A stretch of 64,000 nucleotides of DNA from Isurus oxyrinchus (taxonomy: Eukaryota): the NCBI GenBank assembly GCA_026770705.1, contig JANJGN010000010.1, positions 40,176,001 to 40,240,000 of the forward strand. The letters are read 5' to 3'. Positions 27,801 through 42,800 of this stretch are shown here, one piece after another (position 1 is the first letter of the stretch; the number at the start of each line of letters is the position of its first letter). A program made the position numbers and the translations under genes. The notes beneath the pieces were generated by a model that had not been told where the DNA came from, did no database searches, and saw nothing but the letters and a program-made list of their open reading frames with translations.

Positions 27801-30800
27801 CTCAGTACTTCCACTAGCATGCCTTATTTCTGATGACTTCTCTACATCCCTTCTTTGTTATGTGTTCTCCGTCCTTAACATAACATCAAGCAAAAGAAAG
27901 ATATCTCAACTGGAGTATTTTCAATCCTTTCAGAGAAAGGAACCTCCACCCAATTAGACAAGCTGAATTTTTGGTCCTCAAGTCCAGTATTGATGATGTG
28001 ACAGAAGGAAAACAGAAAAGTGAATGCTAACTTTGTCTAAATAGACAAGTCCTGATCTGTTCCAAAGGATAGGGAAACTCCATTTACACTAATGGGGCAG
28101 ACATTCCATTGCTCCAATTCTGCATGAGTGATATCCACATAGAGCTCGGCCAAGAACATTCCTGTGGCACCTGATCACTCAAAGCATGATAGAGCGAGCC
28201 AAGAAAGCGTCCAAACAACAAGATTGTTCTGTTCACCTTTGCTTCTCATTTTGTTTAGTGTGTCATGCTTAAAAAAAACTGTTGGCCTACATCATCACTG
28301 AGCTAGGCCTACATCATCAATGAGATTTTGCTAACTGGAGCATTCTCCTACATTCCACATCATCAATAAATTGTATTTCTTTTTATTTGGTTAAATACTG
28401 CTTCCTCAGGGGAATCTTCCAAATACACAACCATTGGGATCTAGATCAGGAGAAGCAGCAGGTAGAGGGGCACACCAACACATGCAACTTCCTCTCTAAG
28501 ACTTACAAAATCCGGACTTGGAAATATGTGTCAATCCGTCATGGGCACTGGGTTGAAAACCAGAAACTGCCTCCCGATCAGCTCTGTGGATGTACCTAAA
28601 CCACACGGATTGCAGCAATTCCAGAACCAGCATTAGCATCATACCAAGGACAATTAATGATGCTAATAAAAGTACGATCTGTCAAAATTACCCACATCCC
28701 ATCGGCAAATAAATGAAAGCTTTGCGCAACTTACTATTTTCTTCATTCTTTACACCGTCGGATCCCTGTTCTTCATTTTTACTGTTAGGATCACTTTTAG
28801 CATTTGTAGAGTTTCCCTGCAAATCTACATGAACAAAAATATACATGCCATTGTAAACTCATTGCATACAGGCGCTGAAACTACACTGGTAATGCAGTTC
28901 AATAGTCATAAAAGAATACCTATGTATTTAGTTAAGCTTAATGTGCCTTCATCTCAGGACAGATATTATTATTTCTCAGCTAAGTGCTGCATGAGGGGCC
29001 TTCAGAATAATGCAAAATTTCAACTCACAGTGAATAATAGTGCCTTGTAGGCTTTCCCCCCTTTTCCTCAATACACGTCAATCAATTAGCTTCAAATATT
29101 ATTGGTAAAATTGTACAACGTAGATTCACATGCTAGCGACATATCTTTTTGGGTTCAAATCATTGTACCAAGAACGTACTTTAAAGTACCAACACATCAA
29201 TGAAGTTCTACGCTGAAAAATGGATCTATTTCTGAATTCTCTATTTTGATCATTTTATCAAATATTATGACCAGTGTGAGAATTCAGCATTCCATCCAAA
29301 ATGAGTTAGTTTTCAGACAGGATATCTGCTCAATTCCTGGACTGGAACATCAACACATATCCCCCTGACTGACAGAACAGGTTTCTGAATAATGGAGCTA
29401 ATACTTCCTGGAATATGAGAAGGCACTTTGTGCTTTTGATTCTTTAGTGAAAAACAATTCATATTTTCTCCATTTCAAAGAATACATAAGCCATTTCATT
29501 ACAACTATAGCCTCCACCATCCATTGCAATCCCTTAGTATATTTACTTTCTCAGTACTTCCACTAGCATGCCTTATTTCTGCTGACTTCTCTACATCCCT
29601 TCTTTATTATGTGTTCTCTGTCCTTAACATAACATCAAGCAAAAGAAAGATATCTCCACTGGAGTATTTTCAATCCTTTCTGAGAAAGGAACCTCCACCC
29701 AATTAGACAAGCTGAATTTTTGCTCCTCAAGTCCAGTATTGATGATGTGACAGAAGGAAAACAGAAAAGTGAATGCTAACTTTGTCTAAATAGACAAGTC
29801 CTGATCTGTTCCAAAGGATAGGGAAACTCCATTTGCACTAATGGGGCAGACATTCCGTTGCTCCAATTCTGCATGAGTGATATCCACCTAGAGCTCGGCC
29901 AAGAACCTTCCTGTGGCACCTGATCACTCAGGGCATGATAGAGGGAGCCAAGAAAGCGTCCAGAAAACAAGATTGTTCTGTTCACCTTTGCTTCTCATTT
30001 TGTTTAGTGTATCAATCTTAAAAAAAACTGTTGGCTTACATCATCACTGAGCTAGGCCTACATCATCAATGAGATTTTGCTAACTGGAGCATTCTCCTAC
30101 ATTCCACATCATCAATAAATTGTATTTCTTTTTATTTGGTTAAATACTGCTTCCTCAGGGGAATCTTCCAAATACACAACCATTGGGATCTAGATAAGGA
30201 GGGGCAGCAGGTAGAGGGGCACACCAACACATGCAACTTCCTCTCTAATACTTACAAAATCCGGACTGATGTGTCAATCCGTCATGGGCACTGGGTTGAA
30301 AACCAGAAACTGCTTCCTGATCAGCTCTGTGGATGTACCTAAACCACATGGATTGCAGCAATTCCAGAACCAGCATTACCATCATACCAAGGACAATTAA
30401 TGATGCTAATAAATGTACGATCTGTCAAAATTACCCACATCCCATCGGCAAATAAATGAAAGCTTTGCGCAACTTATTATTCTCTTCATTGTTCACACCG
30501 TCGGTTCCCTGTTCTTCATTTTTACTGTTAGGATCACTTTTAGCATTTGTAGAGTTTCCCTGCAAATCTACATGAACAAAAATATACATGCCATTGTAAA
30601 CTCATTGCATACAGGCGCTGAACGTACACTGGTAATGCTGTTCAATAGTCATAAAAGAATACCTATGTATTTAGTTAAGCTTAATGTGCCTTCATCTCAG
30701 GACAGATATTATTATTTCTCAGCTAAGTGCTGCATGAGGGGCCTTCAGAATAATGCAAAATTTCATCTCACAGTGAATAATAGTGCCTTGCAGGCTTCCC

Positions 30801-33800
30801 TCCTATTCCTCAATATACATCAATCAATTAGCTTCAAATATTATTGGTAAAATTGTACAACGTAGATTCACATGCTAGCGACATATCTTTTTGGGTTCAA
30901 ATCATTGTACCAAGAACGTACTTTAAAGTACCAACACATCAATGAAGTTCTACGCTGAAAAATGGATCTATTTCTGAATTCTCTATTTTGATCATTTTAT
31001 CAAATATTATGACCAGTGTGAGAATTCAGCATTCCATCCATAATGAGTTAGTTTTCAGACAGGATATCTGCTCAATTCCTGGACTGGAACATCAACACAT
31101 ATCCCCCTGACTGACAGAACAGGTTTCTGAATAATGGAGCTAATACTTCCTGGAATATGAGAAGGCACTTTGTGCTTTTGATTCTTTAGTGAAAAACAAT
31201 TCATATTTTCTCCATTTCAAAGAATACATAAGCCATTTCATTACAACTATAGCCTCCACCATCCATTGCAATCCCTTAGTATATTTACTTTCTCAGTACT
31301 TCCACTAGCATGCCTTATTTCTGCTGACTTCTCTACATCCCTTCTTTATTGTGAGTTCTCTGTCCTTAACATAACATCAAGCAAAAGAAAGATATCTCAA
31401 CTGGAGTATTTTTAATCCTTTCTGAGAAAGCAACCTCCACCCAATTAGACAAGCCGAATTTTTGCACCTCAAGTCCAGTATTGATGATGTGACAGAAGGA
31501 AAACAGAAAAGTGAATGCTAACTTTGTCTAAATAGACAAGTCCTGATCTGTTCCAAAGGATAGGGAAACTCCATTTGCACTAATGGGGCAGACATTCCAT
31601 TGCTCCAATTCTGCATGAGTGATATCCAAATCAAGCTCCGGCAAGAACCTTCCTGTGGCACCTGATCACTCAGAGCATGATAGAGGGAGCCAAGAAAGCG
31701 TCCAGAAAACAAGATTGTTCTGTTCACCTTTGCTTCTCATTTTGTTTAGTGTGTCAATCTTAAAAAAAACTGTTGGCTTACATCATCACTGAGCTTGGCC
31801 TACATCATCAATGAGATTTTGCTAAATGGAGCATTCTCCTACACTCCACATCATCAATAAATTGTATTTCTTTTTATTTGGTTAAATACTGCTTCCTCAG
31901 GGGAATCTTCCAAATACACAACCATTGGGATCTAGATAAGGAGGGGCAGCAGGTAGAGGGGCACACCAACACATGCAACTTCCTCTCTAAGACTTACAAA
32001 ATCCGGACTTGGAAATATGTGTCAATCCTTCATGGGCACTGTGTTGAAAACCAGAAACTGCCTCCCGATCAGCTCTGTGGATGTACCGAAACCACACAGA
32101 TTGCAGCAATTCCAGAACCAGCATTAGCATCATACCAAGGACAATTAATGATGCTAATAAAAGTACGATGTGTCAAAATTACCCACATCCCATCGGCAAA
32201 TAAATGAAAGCTTTGCTCAACTTACTATTTTCTGCATTCTTTACACTGTCGGTTCCCTGTTCTTCATATTTACTGTTAGGATCACTTTTAGCATTTGTAG
32301 AGTTTCCCTGCAAATCTACATGAACAAAAATACACATGCCATTGTAAACTCATTGCATACAGGCGCTGAAACTACACTGGTAATGCAGTTCAATAATCAT
32401 AAAAGAATACCTATGTATTTAGTTAAGCTTAATGTGCCTTCATCTCAGGACAGATATTATTTCTCAGCTAAGTGCTGCATGAGGGGCCTTCAGAATAATG
32501 CAAAATTTCATCTCACAAAAATTATAGTGCCTTGTAGGCTTCCCTCCCTTTCCTCAATATACATCAATCAATTAGCTTCAAATATTTTTGGTAAAATTGT
32601 ACAACGTAGATTCACATGCTAGCGACATATCTTTTTGGGTTCAAATCATTGTACCAAGAACGTACTTTAAAATACCAACACATCAATGAAGTTCTACGCT
32701 GAAAAATGGATCTATTTCTGAATTCTCTATTTTAATCATTTTATCAAATATTATGACCAGTGTGAGAATTCAGCATTCCATCCATAATGAGTTAGTTTTC
32801 AGACAAGATATCTGCTCAAGTCCTCGACTGGAACATCAACACATATCCCCCTGACTGACAGAACAGGTTTCTGAATAATGGAGCTAATACTTCCTGGAAT
32901 ATGAGAAAGCACTTTGTGCTTTTGATTCTTTAATGAAAAACAATTCATATTTTCTCCATTTCAAAGAATACATAAGCCATTTCATTTCAACTATAGCCTC
33001 CACCATCCATTGCAATCCCTTAGTATATTTACTTTCTCAGTACTTCCGCTAGCATGCCTTATTTCTGCTGACTTCTCTACATCCCTTCTTTATTCTGAGT
33101 TTTCTGTCCGTAACATAACATCAAGCCAAAGAAAGATATCTCAACTGGAGTATTTTTAATCCTTTCTGAGAAAGCAACCTCCACCCAATTAGACAAGCCG
33201 AATTTTTGCTCCTCAAGTCCAGTATTGATGATGTGACAGAAGGAAAACAGAACAGTGAATGCTAACTTTGTCAACATAGACAAGTCCTGATCTGTTCCAA
33301 AGGATAGGGAATCTCCATTTGCACTAATGGGGCAGACATTCCGTTGCTGCAATTCTGCATGAGTGATATCCTCCTAGAGCTCGGCAAAGAACATTCCTGT
33401 GGCACCTGATCACTCAGAGCATGATAGAGGGAGTCAAGAAAGCGTCCAAACAACAAGATTGTTCTGTTCACCTTTGCTTCTCATTTTGTTTAGTGGGTCA
33501 ATCTTAAAAAAAACTGTTGGCCTACATCATCACTGAGCTAGGCCTACATCATCAATGAGATTTTGCTAACTGGACCATTCTCCTACATTCCACATCATCA
33601 ATAAATTGTATTCCTTTTTATTGGTTAAATACTGCTTCGTCAGGGGAATCTTCCAAATACACAACCATTGGGATCTAGATCAGGAGAAGCAGCAGGTAGA
33701 GGGGCACACCAACACATGCAACTTCCTCTCTAAGACTTACAAAATCCGGACTTGGAAATATGTGTCAATCCGTCATGGGCACTGGGTTGAAAACCAAAAA

Positions 33801-36800
33801 CTGCCTCCCGATCAGCTCTGTGGATGTACCTACACCACATGGATTGCAGCAATTCCAGAACCAACATTAGCATCATACCAAGGACAATTAATGATGCTAA
33901 TAAATGTACGATCTGTCAAAATTACCCACATCCCATCGGCAAATAAATGAAAGCTTTGCGCAACTTACTATTTTCTTCATTCTTTACACCGTCGGTTCCC
34001 TGTTCTTCATTTTTACTGTTAGGATCACTTTTAGCATTTGTAGAGTTTCCCTCCAAATCTACATGAACAAAAATATACATGCCATTGTAAACTCATTGCA
34101 TACAGGCGCTGAAACTACACTGGTAATGCAGTTCAATAATCATAAAAGAATACCTATGTATTTTGTTAAGCTTAATGTGCCTTCATCTCAGGACAGATAT
34201 TATTATTTCTCAGCTAAGTGCTGCATGAGGGGCCTTCAGAATAATGCAAAATTTCATCTCACAGTGAATAATAGTGCCTTGTAGGCTTCCCTCCCTTTCC
34301 TCAATATACATCAATCAATTAGCTTCAAATATTATTGGTAAAATTGTACAACCTAGATTCACATGCTAGCGACATATTTTTTGGGTTCAAATCATTGTAC
34401 CAAGAACGTACTTTAATGTAACGATACATCAATGAAGTTCTACGCTGAAAAATGGATCTATTTCAGAATTCTCTATTTTGATCATTTTATCAAATATTAT
34501 GACCAGTGTGTGAATTAAGCATTTCATCCAAAATGAGTTAGTTTTCAGACAGGATATCTGCTGAAGTCCTGGACTGGAACATCAACACATATCCCCCTGA
34601 CTGACAGAACAGGTTTCTGAATAATGGAGCTAATACTTCCTGGAATATGAGAAGGCACTTTGTGCTTTTGATTCTTTAATGAAAAACAATTCATATTTTC
34701 TCCATTTCAAAGAATACATAAGCCATTTCATTTCAACTATAGCCTCCACCATCCATTGCAATCCCTTAGTATATTTACTTTCTCAGTACTTCCACTAGCA
34801 TGCCTTATTTCTGCTGACTTCTCTACATCCCTTCTTTATTATGTGTTCTCTGTCCTTAACATAACATCAAGCAAAAGAAAGATATCTCAACTGGAGTATT
34901 TTTAATCCTTTCTGAGAAAGCAACCTCCACCCAATTAGACAAGCCGACTTTTTGCTCCTCAGGTCCAGTATTGATGATGTGACAGAAGGAAAACAGAAAA
35001 GTGAATGCTAACTTTGTCTAAATAGACAAGTCCTGATCTGTTTCAAAGGATACGGAATCTCCATTTGCACGAATGGGGCAGACATTCCGTTGCTCCAATT
35101 CTGCATGAGTGATATCCACCTAGAGCTCGGCCAAGAACCTTCCTGTGGCACCTGATCACTCAGAGCATGATAGAGGGAGCCAAGAAAGCGGCCAAACAAC
35201 AAGATTGTTCTGTTCACCTTTGCTTCTCATTTTGTTTAGTGTGTCAATCTTAAAAAAAACTGTTGGCCTACATCATCACTGAGCTAGGCCTACATCATCA
35301 ATGAGATTTTGCCATCAGGAGCATTCTCCTACATTCCACATCATCAATAAATTGTATTCCTTTTTATTTGGTTAAATACTGCTTCGTCAGGGGAATCTTC
35401 CAAATACACAACCATTGGGATCTAGATCAGGAGAAGCAGCAGGTAGAGGGGCACACCAACACATGCAACTTCCTCTCTAAGACTTACAAAATCCGGACTT
35501 GGAAATATGTGTCAATCCGTCAAGGGCACTGGGTTGAAAACCAAAAACTGCCTCCCGATCAGCTCTGTGGATGTACCTACACCACATGGATTGCAGCAAT
35601 TCCAGAACCAACATTAGCATCATACCAAGGACAATTAATGATGCTAATAAATGTACGATCTGTCAAAATTACCCACATCCCATCGGCAAATAAATGAAAG
35701 CTTTGCGCAACTTACTATTTTCTTCATTCTTTAGACCGTCGGTTCCCTGTTCTTCATTTTTACTGTTAGGATCACTTTTAGCATTTGTAGAGTTTCCCTC
35801 CAAATCTACATGAACAAAAATATACATGCCATTGTAAACTCATTGCATACAGGCGCTGAAACTACACTGGTAATGCAGTTCAATAATCATAAAAGAATAC
35901 CTATGTATTTAGTTAAGCTTAATGTGCCTTCATCTCAGGACAGATATTATTATTTCTCAGCTAAGTGCTGCATGAGGGGCCTTCAGAATAATGCAAAATT
36001 TCATCTCACAGTGAATAATAGTGCCTTGTAGGCTTCCCTCCCTTTCCTCAATATACATCAATCAATTAGCTTCAAATATTATTGGTAAAATTGTACAACG
36101 TAGATTCACATGCTAGCGACATATTTTTTGGGTTCAAATCATTGTACCAAGAACGTACTTTAATGTAACGATACATCAATGACGTTCTACGCTGAAAAAT
36201 GGATCTATTTCAGAATTCTCTATTTTGATCATTTTATCAAATATTATGACCAGTGTGTGAATTAAGCATTTCATCCAAAATGAGTTAGTTTTCAGACAGG
36301 ATATCTGCTCAAGTCCTGGACTGGAACATCAACACATATCCCCCTGACTGACAGAACAGGTTTCTGAATAATGGAGCTAATACTTCCTGGAATATGAGAA
36401 GGCACTTTGTGCTTTTGATTCTTTAATGAAAAACAATTCATATTTTCTCCATTTCAAAGAATACATAAGCCATTTCATTTCAACTATAGCCTCCACCATC
36501 CATTGCAATCCCTTAGTATATTTACTTTCTCAGTACTTCCACTAGCATGCCTTATTTCTGCTGACTTCTCTACATCCCTTCTTTATTATGTGTTCTCTGT
36601 CCTTAACATAACATCAAGCAAAAGAAAGATATCTCAACTGGAGTATTTTTAATCCTTTCTGAGAAAGCAACCACCACCCAATTAGACAAGCCGACTTTTT
36701 GCTCCTCAAGTCCAGTATTGATGATGTGACAGAAGGAAAACAGAAAAGTGAATGCTAACTTTGTCTAAATAGACAAGTCCTGATCTGTTCCAAAGGATAG

Positions 36801-39800
36801 GGAATCTCCATTTGCACTAATGGGGCAGACATTCCGTTTCTCCAATTCTGCATGAGTGATATCCACCTAGAGCTCGGCCAAGAACCTTCCTGTGGCACCT
36901 GATCACTCAGAGCATGATAGAGGGAGCCAAGAAAGCGGCCAAACAACAAGATTGTTCTGTTCACCTTTGCTTCTCATTTTGTTTAGTGTGTCAATCTTAA
37001 AAAAAACTGTTGGCCTACATCATCACTGAGCTAGGCCGACATCATCAATGAGATTTTGCTAACAGGAGCATTCTCCTACATTCCACATCATCAATAAATT
37101 GTATTCCTTTTTATTTGGTTAAATACTGCTTCGTCAGGGGAATCTTCCAAATACACAACCATTGGGATCTAGATCAGGAGAAGCAGCAGGTAGAGGGGCA
37201 CACCAACACATGCAACTTCCTCTCTAAGACTTACAAAATCCGGACTTGGAAATATGTGTCAATCCGTCATGGGCACTGGGTTGAAAACCAAAAACTGCCT
37301 CCCGATCAGCTCTGTGGATGTACCTACACCACATGGATTGCAGCAATTCCAGAACCAACATTAGCATCATACCAAGGACAATTAATGATGCTAATAAATG
37401 TACGATCTGTCAAAATTACCCACATCCCATCGGCAAATAAATGAAAGCTTTGCGCAACTTACTATTTTCTTCATTCTTTACACCGTCGGTTCCCTGTTCT
37501 TCATTTTTACTGTTAGGATCACTTTTAGCATTTGTAGAGTTTCCCTCCAAATCTACATGAACAAAAATATACATGCCATTGTAAACTCATTGCATACAGG
37601 CGCTGAAACTACACTGGTAATGCAGTTCAATAATCATAAAAGAATACCTATGAATTTAGTTAAGCTTAATGTGCCTTCATCTCAGGACAGATATTATTAT
37701 TTCTCAGCTAAGTGCTGCATGAGGGGCCTTCAGAATAATGCAAAATTTCATCTCACAGTGAATAATAGTGCCTTGTAGGCTTCCCTCCCTTTCCTCAATA
37801 CATATCAATCAATTAGCTTCAAATATTATTGGTAAAATTGTACAACGTAGATTCACATGCTAGCGACATATTTTTTGGGTTCAAATCATTGTACCAAGAA
37901 CGTACTTTAATGTAACGATACATCAATGAAGTTCTACGCTGAAAAATGGATCTATTTCAGAATTCTCTATTTTGATCATTTTATCAAATATTATGACCAG
38001 TGTGAGAATTAAGCATTTCATCCAAAATGAGTTAGTTTTCAGACAGGATATCTGCTCAAGTCCTGGACTGGAACATCAACACATATCCCCCTGACTGACA
38101 GAACAGGTTTCTGAATAATGGAGCTAATACTTCCTGGAATATGAGAAGGCACTTTGTGCTTTTGATTCTTTAGTGAAAAACAATTCATTTTTTCTCCATT
38201 TCAAAGAATACATAAGCCATTTCATTACAACTATAGCCTCCACCATCCATTGCAATCCCTTAGTATATTTACTTTCTCAGTACTTCCACTAGCATGCCTT
38301 ATTTCTGCTGACTTCTCTACATCCCTTCTTTATTATGTGTTCTCTGTCCTTAACATAACATCAAGCAAAAGAAAGATATCTCAACTGGAGTATTTTTAAT
38401 CCTTTCTGAGAAAGCAACCTCCACCCAATTAGACAAGCCGACTTTTTGCTCCTCAAGTCCAGTATTGATGATGTGACAGAAGGAAAACAGAAAAGTGAAT
38501 GCTAACTTTGTCTAAATAGACAAGTCCTGAACTGTTTCAAAGGATACGGAATCTCCATTTGCACGAATGGGGAGACATTCCGTTGCTCCAATTCTGCATG
38601 AGTGATATCCACCTAGAGCTCGGCCAAGAACCTTCCTGTGGCACCTGATCACTCAGAGCATGATAGAGGGAGCCAAGAAAGCGGCCAAACAACAAGATTG
38701 TTCTGTTCACCTTTGCTTCTCATTTTGTTTAGTGTGTCAATCTTAAAAAAAACTGTTGGCCTACATCATCACTGAGCTAGGCTGACATCATCAATGAGAT
38801 TTTGCTAACAGGAGCATTCTCCTACATTCCACATCATCAATAAATTGTATTTCTTTTTATTTGGTTAAATACTGCTTCGTCAGGGGAATCTTCCAAATTC
38901 AAAACCATTGGGATCTAGATCACGAGAAGCAGCCGGTAGAGGGGCACACCAACACATGCAACTTCCTCTCTAAGACTTACAAAATCCGGACTTGGAAATA
39001 TGTGTCAATCCGTCATGGGCACTGGGTTGAAAACCAGAAACTGCCTCCCGATCAGCTCTGTGGATGTACCTACACCACATGGGTTGCAGCAATTCCAGAA
39101 CCAGCATTAGCATCATACCAAGGACAATTAATGATGCTAATAAATGTACGATCTGTCAAAATTACCCACATCCCATCGGCAAATAAATGAAAGCTTTGCG
39201 CAACTTACTATTTTCTTCATTCTTTACACCGCCGGTTCCCTGTTCTTCATTTTTACTGTTAGGATCACTTTTAGCATTTGTAGAGTTTCCCTGCAAATCT
39301 ACATGAACAAAAATATACATGCCATTGTAAACTCATTGCATACAGGCGCTGAAACTACACTGGTAATGCAGTTCAATAATCATAAAAGAATACCTATGTA
39401 TTTAGTTAAGCTTAATGTGCCTTCATCTCAGGACAGATATTATTATTTCTCAGCTAAGTGCTGCATGAGGGGCCTTCAGAATAATGCAAAATTTCATCTC
39501 ACAGTGAATAATAGTGCCTTGTAGGATTCCCTCCTTTTCCTCAATATACATCAATCAATTAGCTTCAAATATTATTGGTAAAATTGTACAACATAGATTC
39601 ACATGCTAGCGACATATTTTTTGGGTTCAAATCATTGTACCAAGAACATACTTTAATGCAACGATACATCAATGAAGTTCTACGCGGAAAAATGGATCTA
39701 TTTCTGAATTCTCTATTTTAATCATTTTAGCAAATATTATGACCAGTTTGAGAATTCAGCATTCCATCCAAAATGAGTTAGTTTTCAGACAAGATATCTG

Positions 39801-42800
39801 CTCAAGTCCTGGACTGGAACATCAACACATATCCCCCTGACTGACAGAACAGGTTTCTGAATAATGGAGCTAATACTTCCTGGAATATGAGAAGGCAATT
39901 TGTGCTATTGATTCTTTAGTGAAAAACAATTCATATTTTCTCCATTTCAAAGAATACATAAGCCATTTCATTACAACTATAGCCACCACCATCCATTGCA
40001 AACCCTTAGTATATTTACTTTCACAGTACTTCCACTAGCATGCCTTATTTCTGATGACTTCTCTACATTCCTTCTTTATTATGTGTTCTCTGTACTTAAC
40101 ATAACATCAAGCAAAAGAAAGATATCTCAACTGGAGTATTTTCAATCCTTTCTGAGAAAGGAACCTCCACACAATTAGACAAGCTGAATTTTTGGTCCTC
40201 AAGTCCAGTATTGATGATGTGACAGAAGGAAAACAGAAAAGTGAATGCTAACTTTGTCTAAATAGACAAGTCCTGATCTGTTTCTAAGGATAGGGAATCT
40301 CCATTTGCACTAATGGGGCAGACATTCCGTTTCTCCAATTCTGCATGAGTGATATCCACCTAGAGCTCGGCCAAGAACCTTCCTGTGGCACCTGATCACT
40401 CAGAGCATGATAGAGGGAGCCAAGAAAGCGTCCAAACAACAAGATTGTTCTGTTCACCTTTGCTTCTCATTTTGTTTAGTGTGTCAATCTTAAAAAAAAC
40501 TGTTGGCCTGCATCATCACTGAGCTAGGCCTACATCATCAATGAGATTTTGCTAACTGGAGCATTCTCCTACATTCCCCATCATCAATAAATTGTATTTC
40601 TATTTATTTGGTTAAATACTGCTTCGTCAGGGGAATCGTCCAAATACACAACCATTGGGATGTAGATCAGGAGAAGCAGCAGGTAGAGGGGCACACCAAC
40701 ACATGCAACTTCCTCTCTAAGACTTACAAAATCCGGACTTGGAAATATATGTCAATCCGTCATGGGCACTGAGTTGAAAACTGCCTCCCGATCAGCTCTG
40801 TGGATGTACCTACACCACACGGATTGCAGCAATTCCAGAACCAGCATTAGCATCATACCAAGGACAATTAATGATGCTAATAAATGTACGATCTGTCAAA
40901 ATTACCCACATCCCATCGGCAAATAAATGAAAGATTTGCGCAACTTACTATTTTCTTCATTCTTTTCACTGTCGGTTCCCTGTTCTTCATTTTTACCGTT
41001 AGGTTCACTTTTAGCATTTGTAGAGTTTCCCTGCAAATCTACATGAACAAAAATATACATGCCATTGTAAACTCATTGCATACAGGCGCTGAAACTACAC
41101 TGGTAATGCAGTTCAATAATCATAAAAGAATACCTATGTATTTAGTTAAGCTTAATGTGCCTTCATCTCAGGACAGATATTATTTCTCAGCTAAGTGCTG
41201 CATGAGGGTCCTTCAGAATAATGCAAAATTTCATCTCGCAGTGAATAATAGTGCGTTGTAGGCTTCCCTCACTTTCCTCAATATACATCAATCAATTAGC
41301 TTCAAATATTATTGGTAAAATTGTACAACGTAGATTCACATGCTAGTGACATATCTTTTTGGGTTCAAATCATTGTACCAAGAACATATTTTAATGTAAC
41401 GATACATCAATGAAGTTCTACGCTGAAAAATGGATCTATTTCTGAATTCTCTATTTTGATCATTTTATCAAATATTATGACCAGTGTGAGAATTCAGCAT
41501 TCCATCCAAAATGAGTTAGTTTTCAGACAAGATATCTGCTCAAGTCCTGGACTGGAACATCAACACATATCCCCCTGACTGACAGAACAGGTTTCTGAAT
41601 AATGGAGCTAATACTTCCTGGAATATGAGAAGGCACTTTGTGCTTTTGATTCTTTAGTGAAAAACAGTTCATATTTTCTCCATTGCAAAGAATACATCAG
41701 CCATTTCATTACAACTATAGCCTCCACCATCCATTGCAATCCCTTAGTATATTTACTTTCTCAGTACTTCCACTAGCATGCCTTATTTCTGATGACTTCT
41801 CTACATCCCTTCTTTATTATGTGTTCTCTGTCCTTAACATAACATCAAGCAAAAGAAAGATATCTCAACTGGAGTATTTTCAATCCTTTCTGAGAAAGGA
41901 ACCTCCACCCAATTAGACAAGCTGAATTTTTGCTCCTCAAGTCCAGTATTGATGATGTGACAGAAGGAAAACAGAAAAGTGAATGCTAACTTTGTCTAAA
42001 TAGACAAGTCCTGATCTGTTTCTAAGGATAGGGAATCTCCATTTGCACTAATGGGGCAGACATTCCGTTTCTCCAATTCTGCATGAGTGATATCCACCTA
42101 GAGCTCGGCCAAGAACCTTCCTGTGGCACCTGATCACTCAGAGCATGATAGAGGGAGCCAAGAAAGCTTCCAAACAACAAGATTGTTCTGTTCACCTTTG
42201 CTTCTCATTTTGTTTAGTGTGTCAATCTTAAAAAAAACTGTTGGCCTGCATCATCACTGAGCTTGGCCTACATCATCAATGAGATTACGCAAACTGCAGC
42301 ATTCTCCTACATTCCCCATCATCAATATATTGTATTTCTTTTTATTTGGTAAAATACTGCTTCGTCAGGGGAATCTTCCAAATGCACAACCATTGGGATG
42401 GAGATCAGGAGAAGCAGCAGGTAGAGGGGCACACCAACACATGCAACTTCCTCTCTAAGACTTACAAAATCCGGACTTGGAAATCGGTGTCAATCCTTCA
42501 TGGGCACTGGGTTGAAAACCAGAAACTGCCTCCCGATCAGCTCTGTGGATGTACCTACACCACACGGATTGCAGCAATTCCAGAACCAGCATTAGCATCA
42601 TACCAAGGACAATTAATGATGCTAATAAATGTACGATCTGTCAAAATTACCCACATCCCATCGGCAAATAAATGAAAGCTTTGCGCAACTTACTATTTTC
42701 TTCATTCTTTTCACTGTTGGTTCCCTGTTCTTCATTTTTACTGTTAGGATCACTTTTAGCATTTGTAGAGTTTCCCTGCAAATCTACATGAACAAAAATA

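Larger units (their letters stand above)
21790..32330. repeat. Three-unit higher-order repeat, 5,239-bp period, two near-identical copies; boundaries approximate
   Basis: Private variants recur at +5,239: ORF pairs 22536/27775, 24285/29524, 25174/30413, 26279/31518, 26639/31878, and the motif GATATCCAAATCAAGCTCCGGC near 26382 and 31621. Confidence 0.92.
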
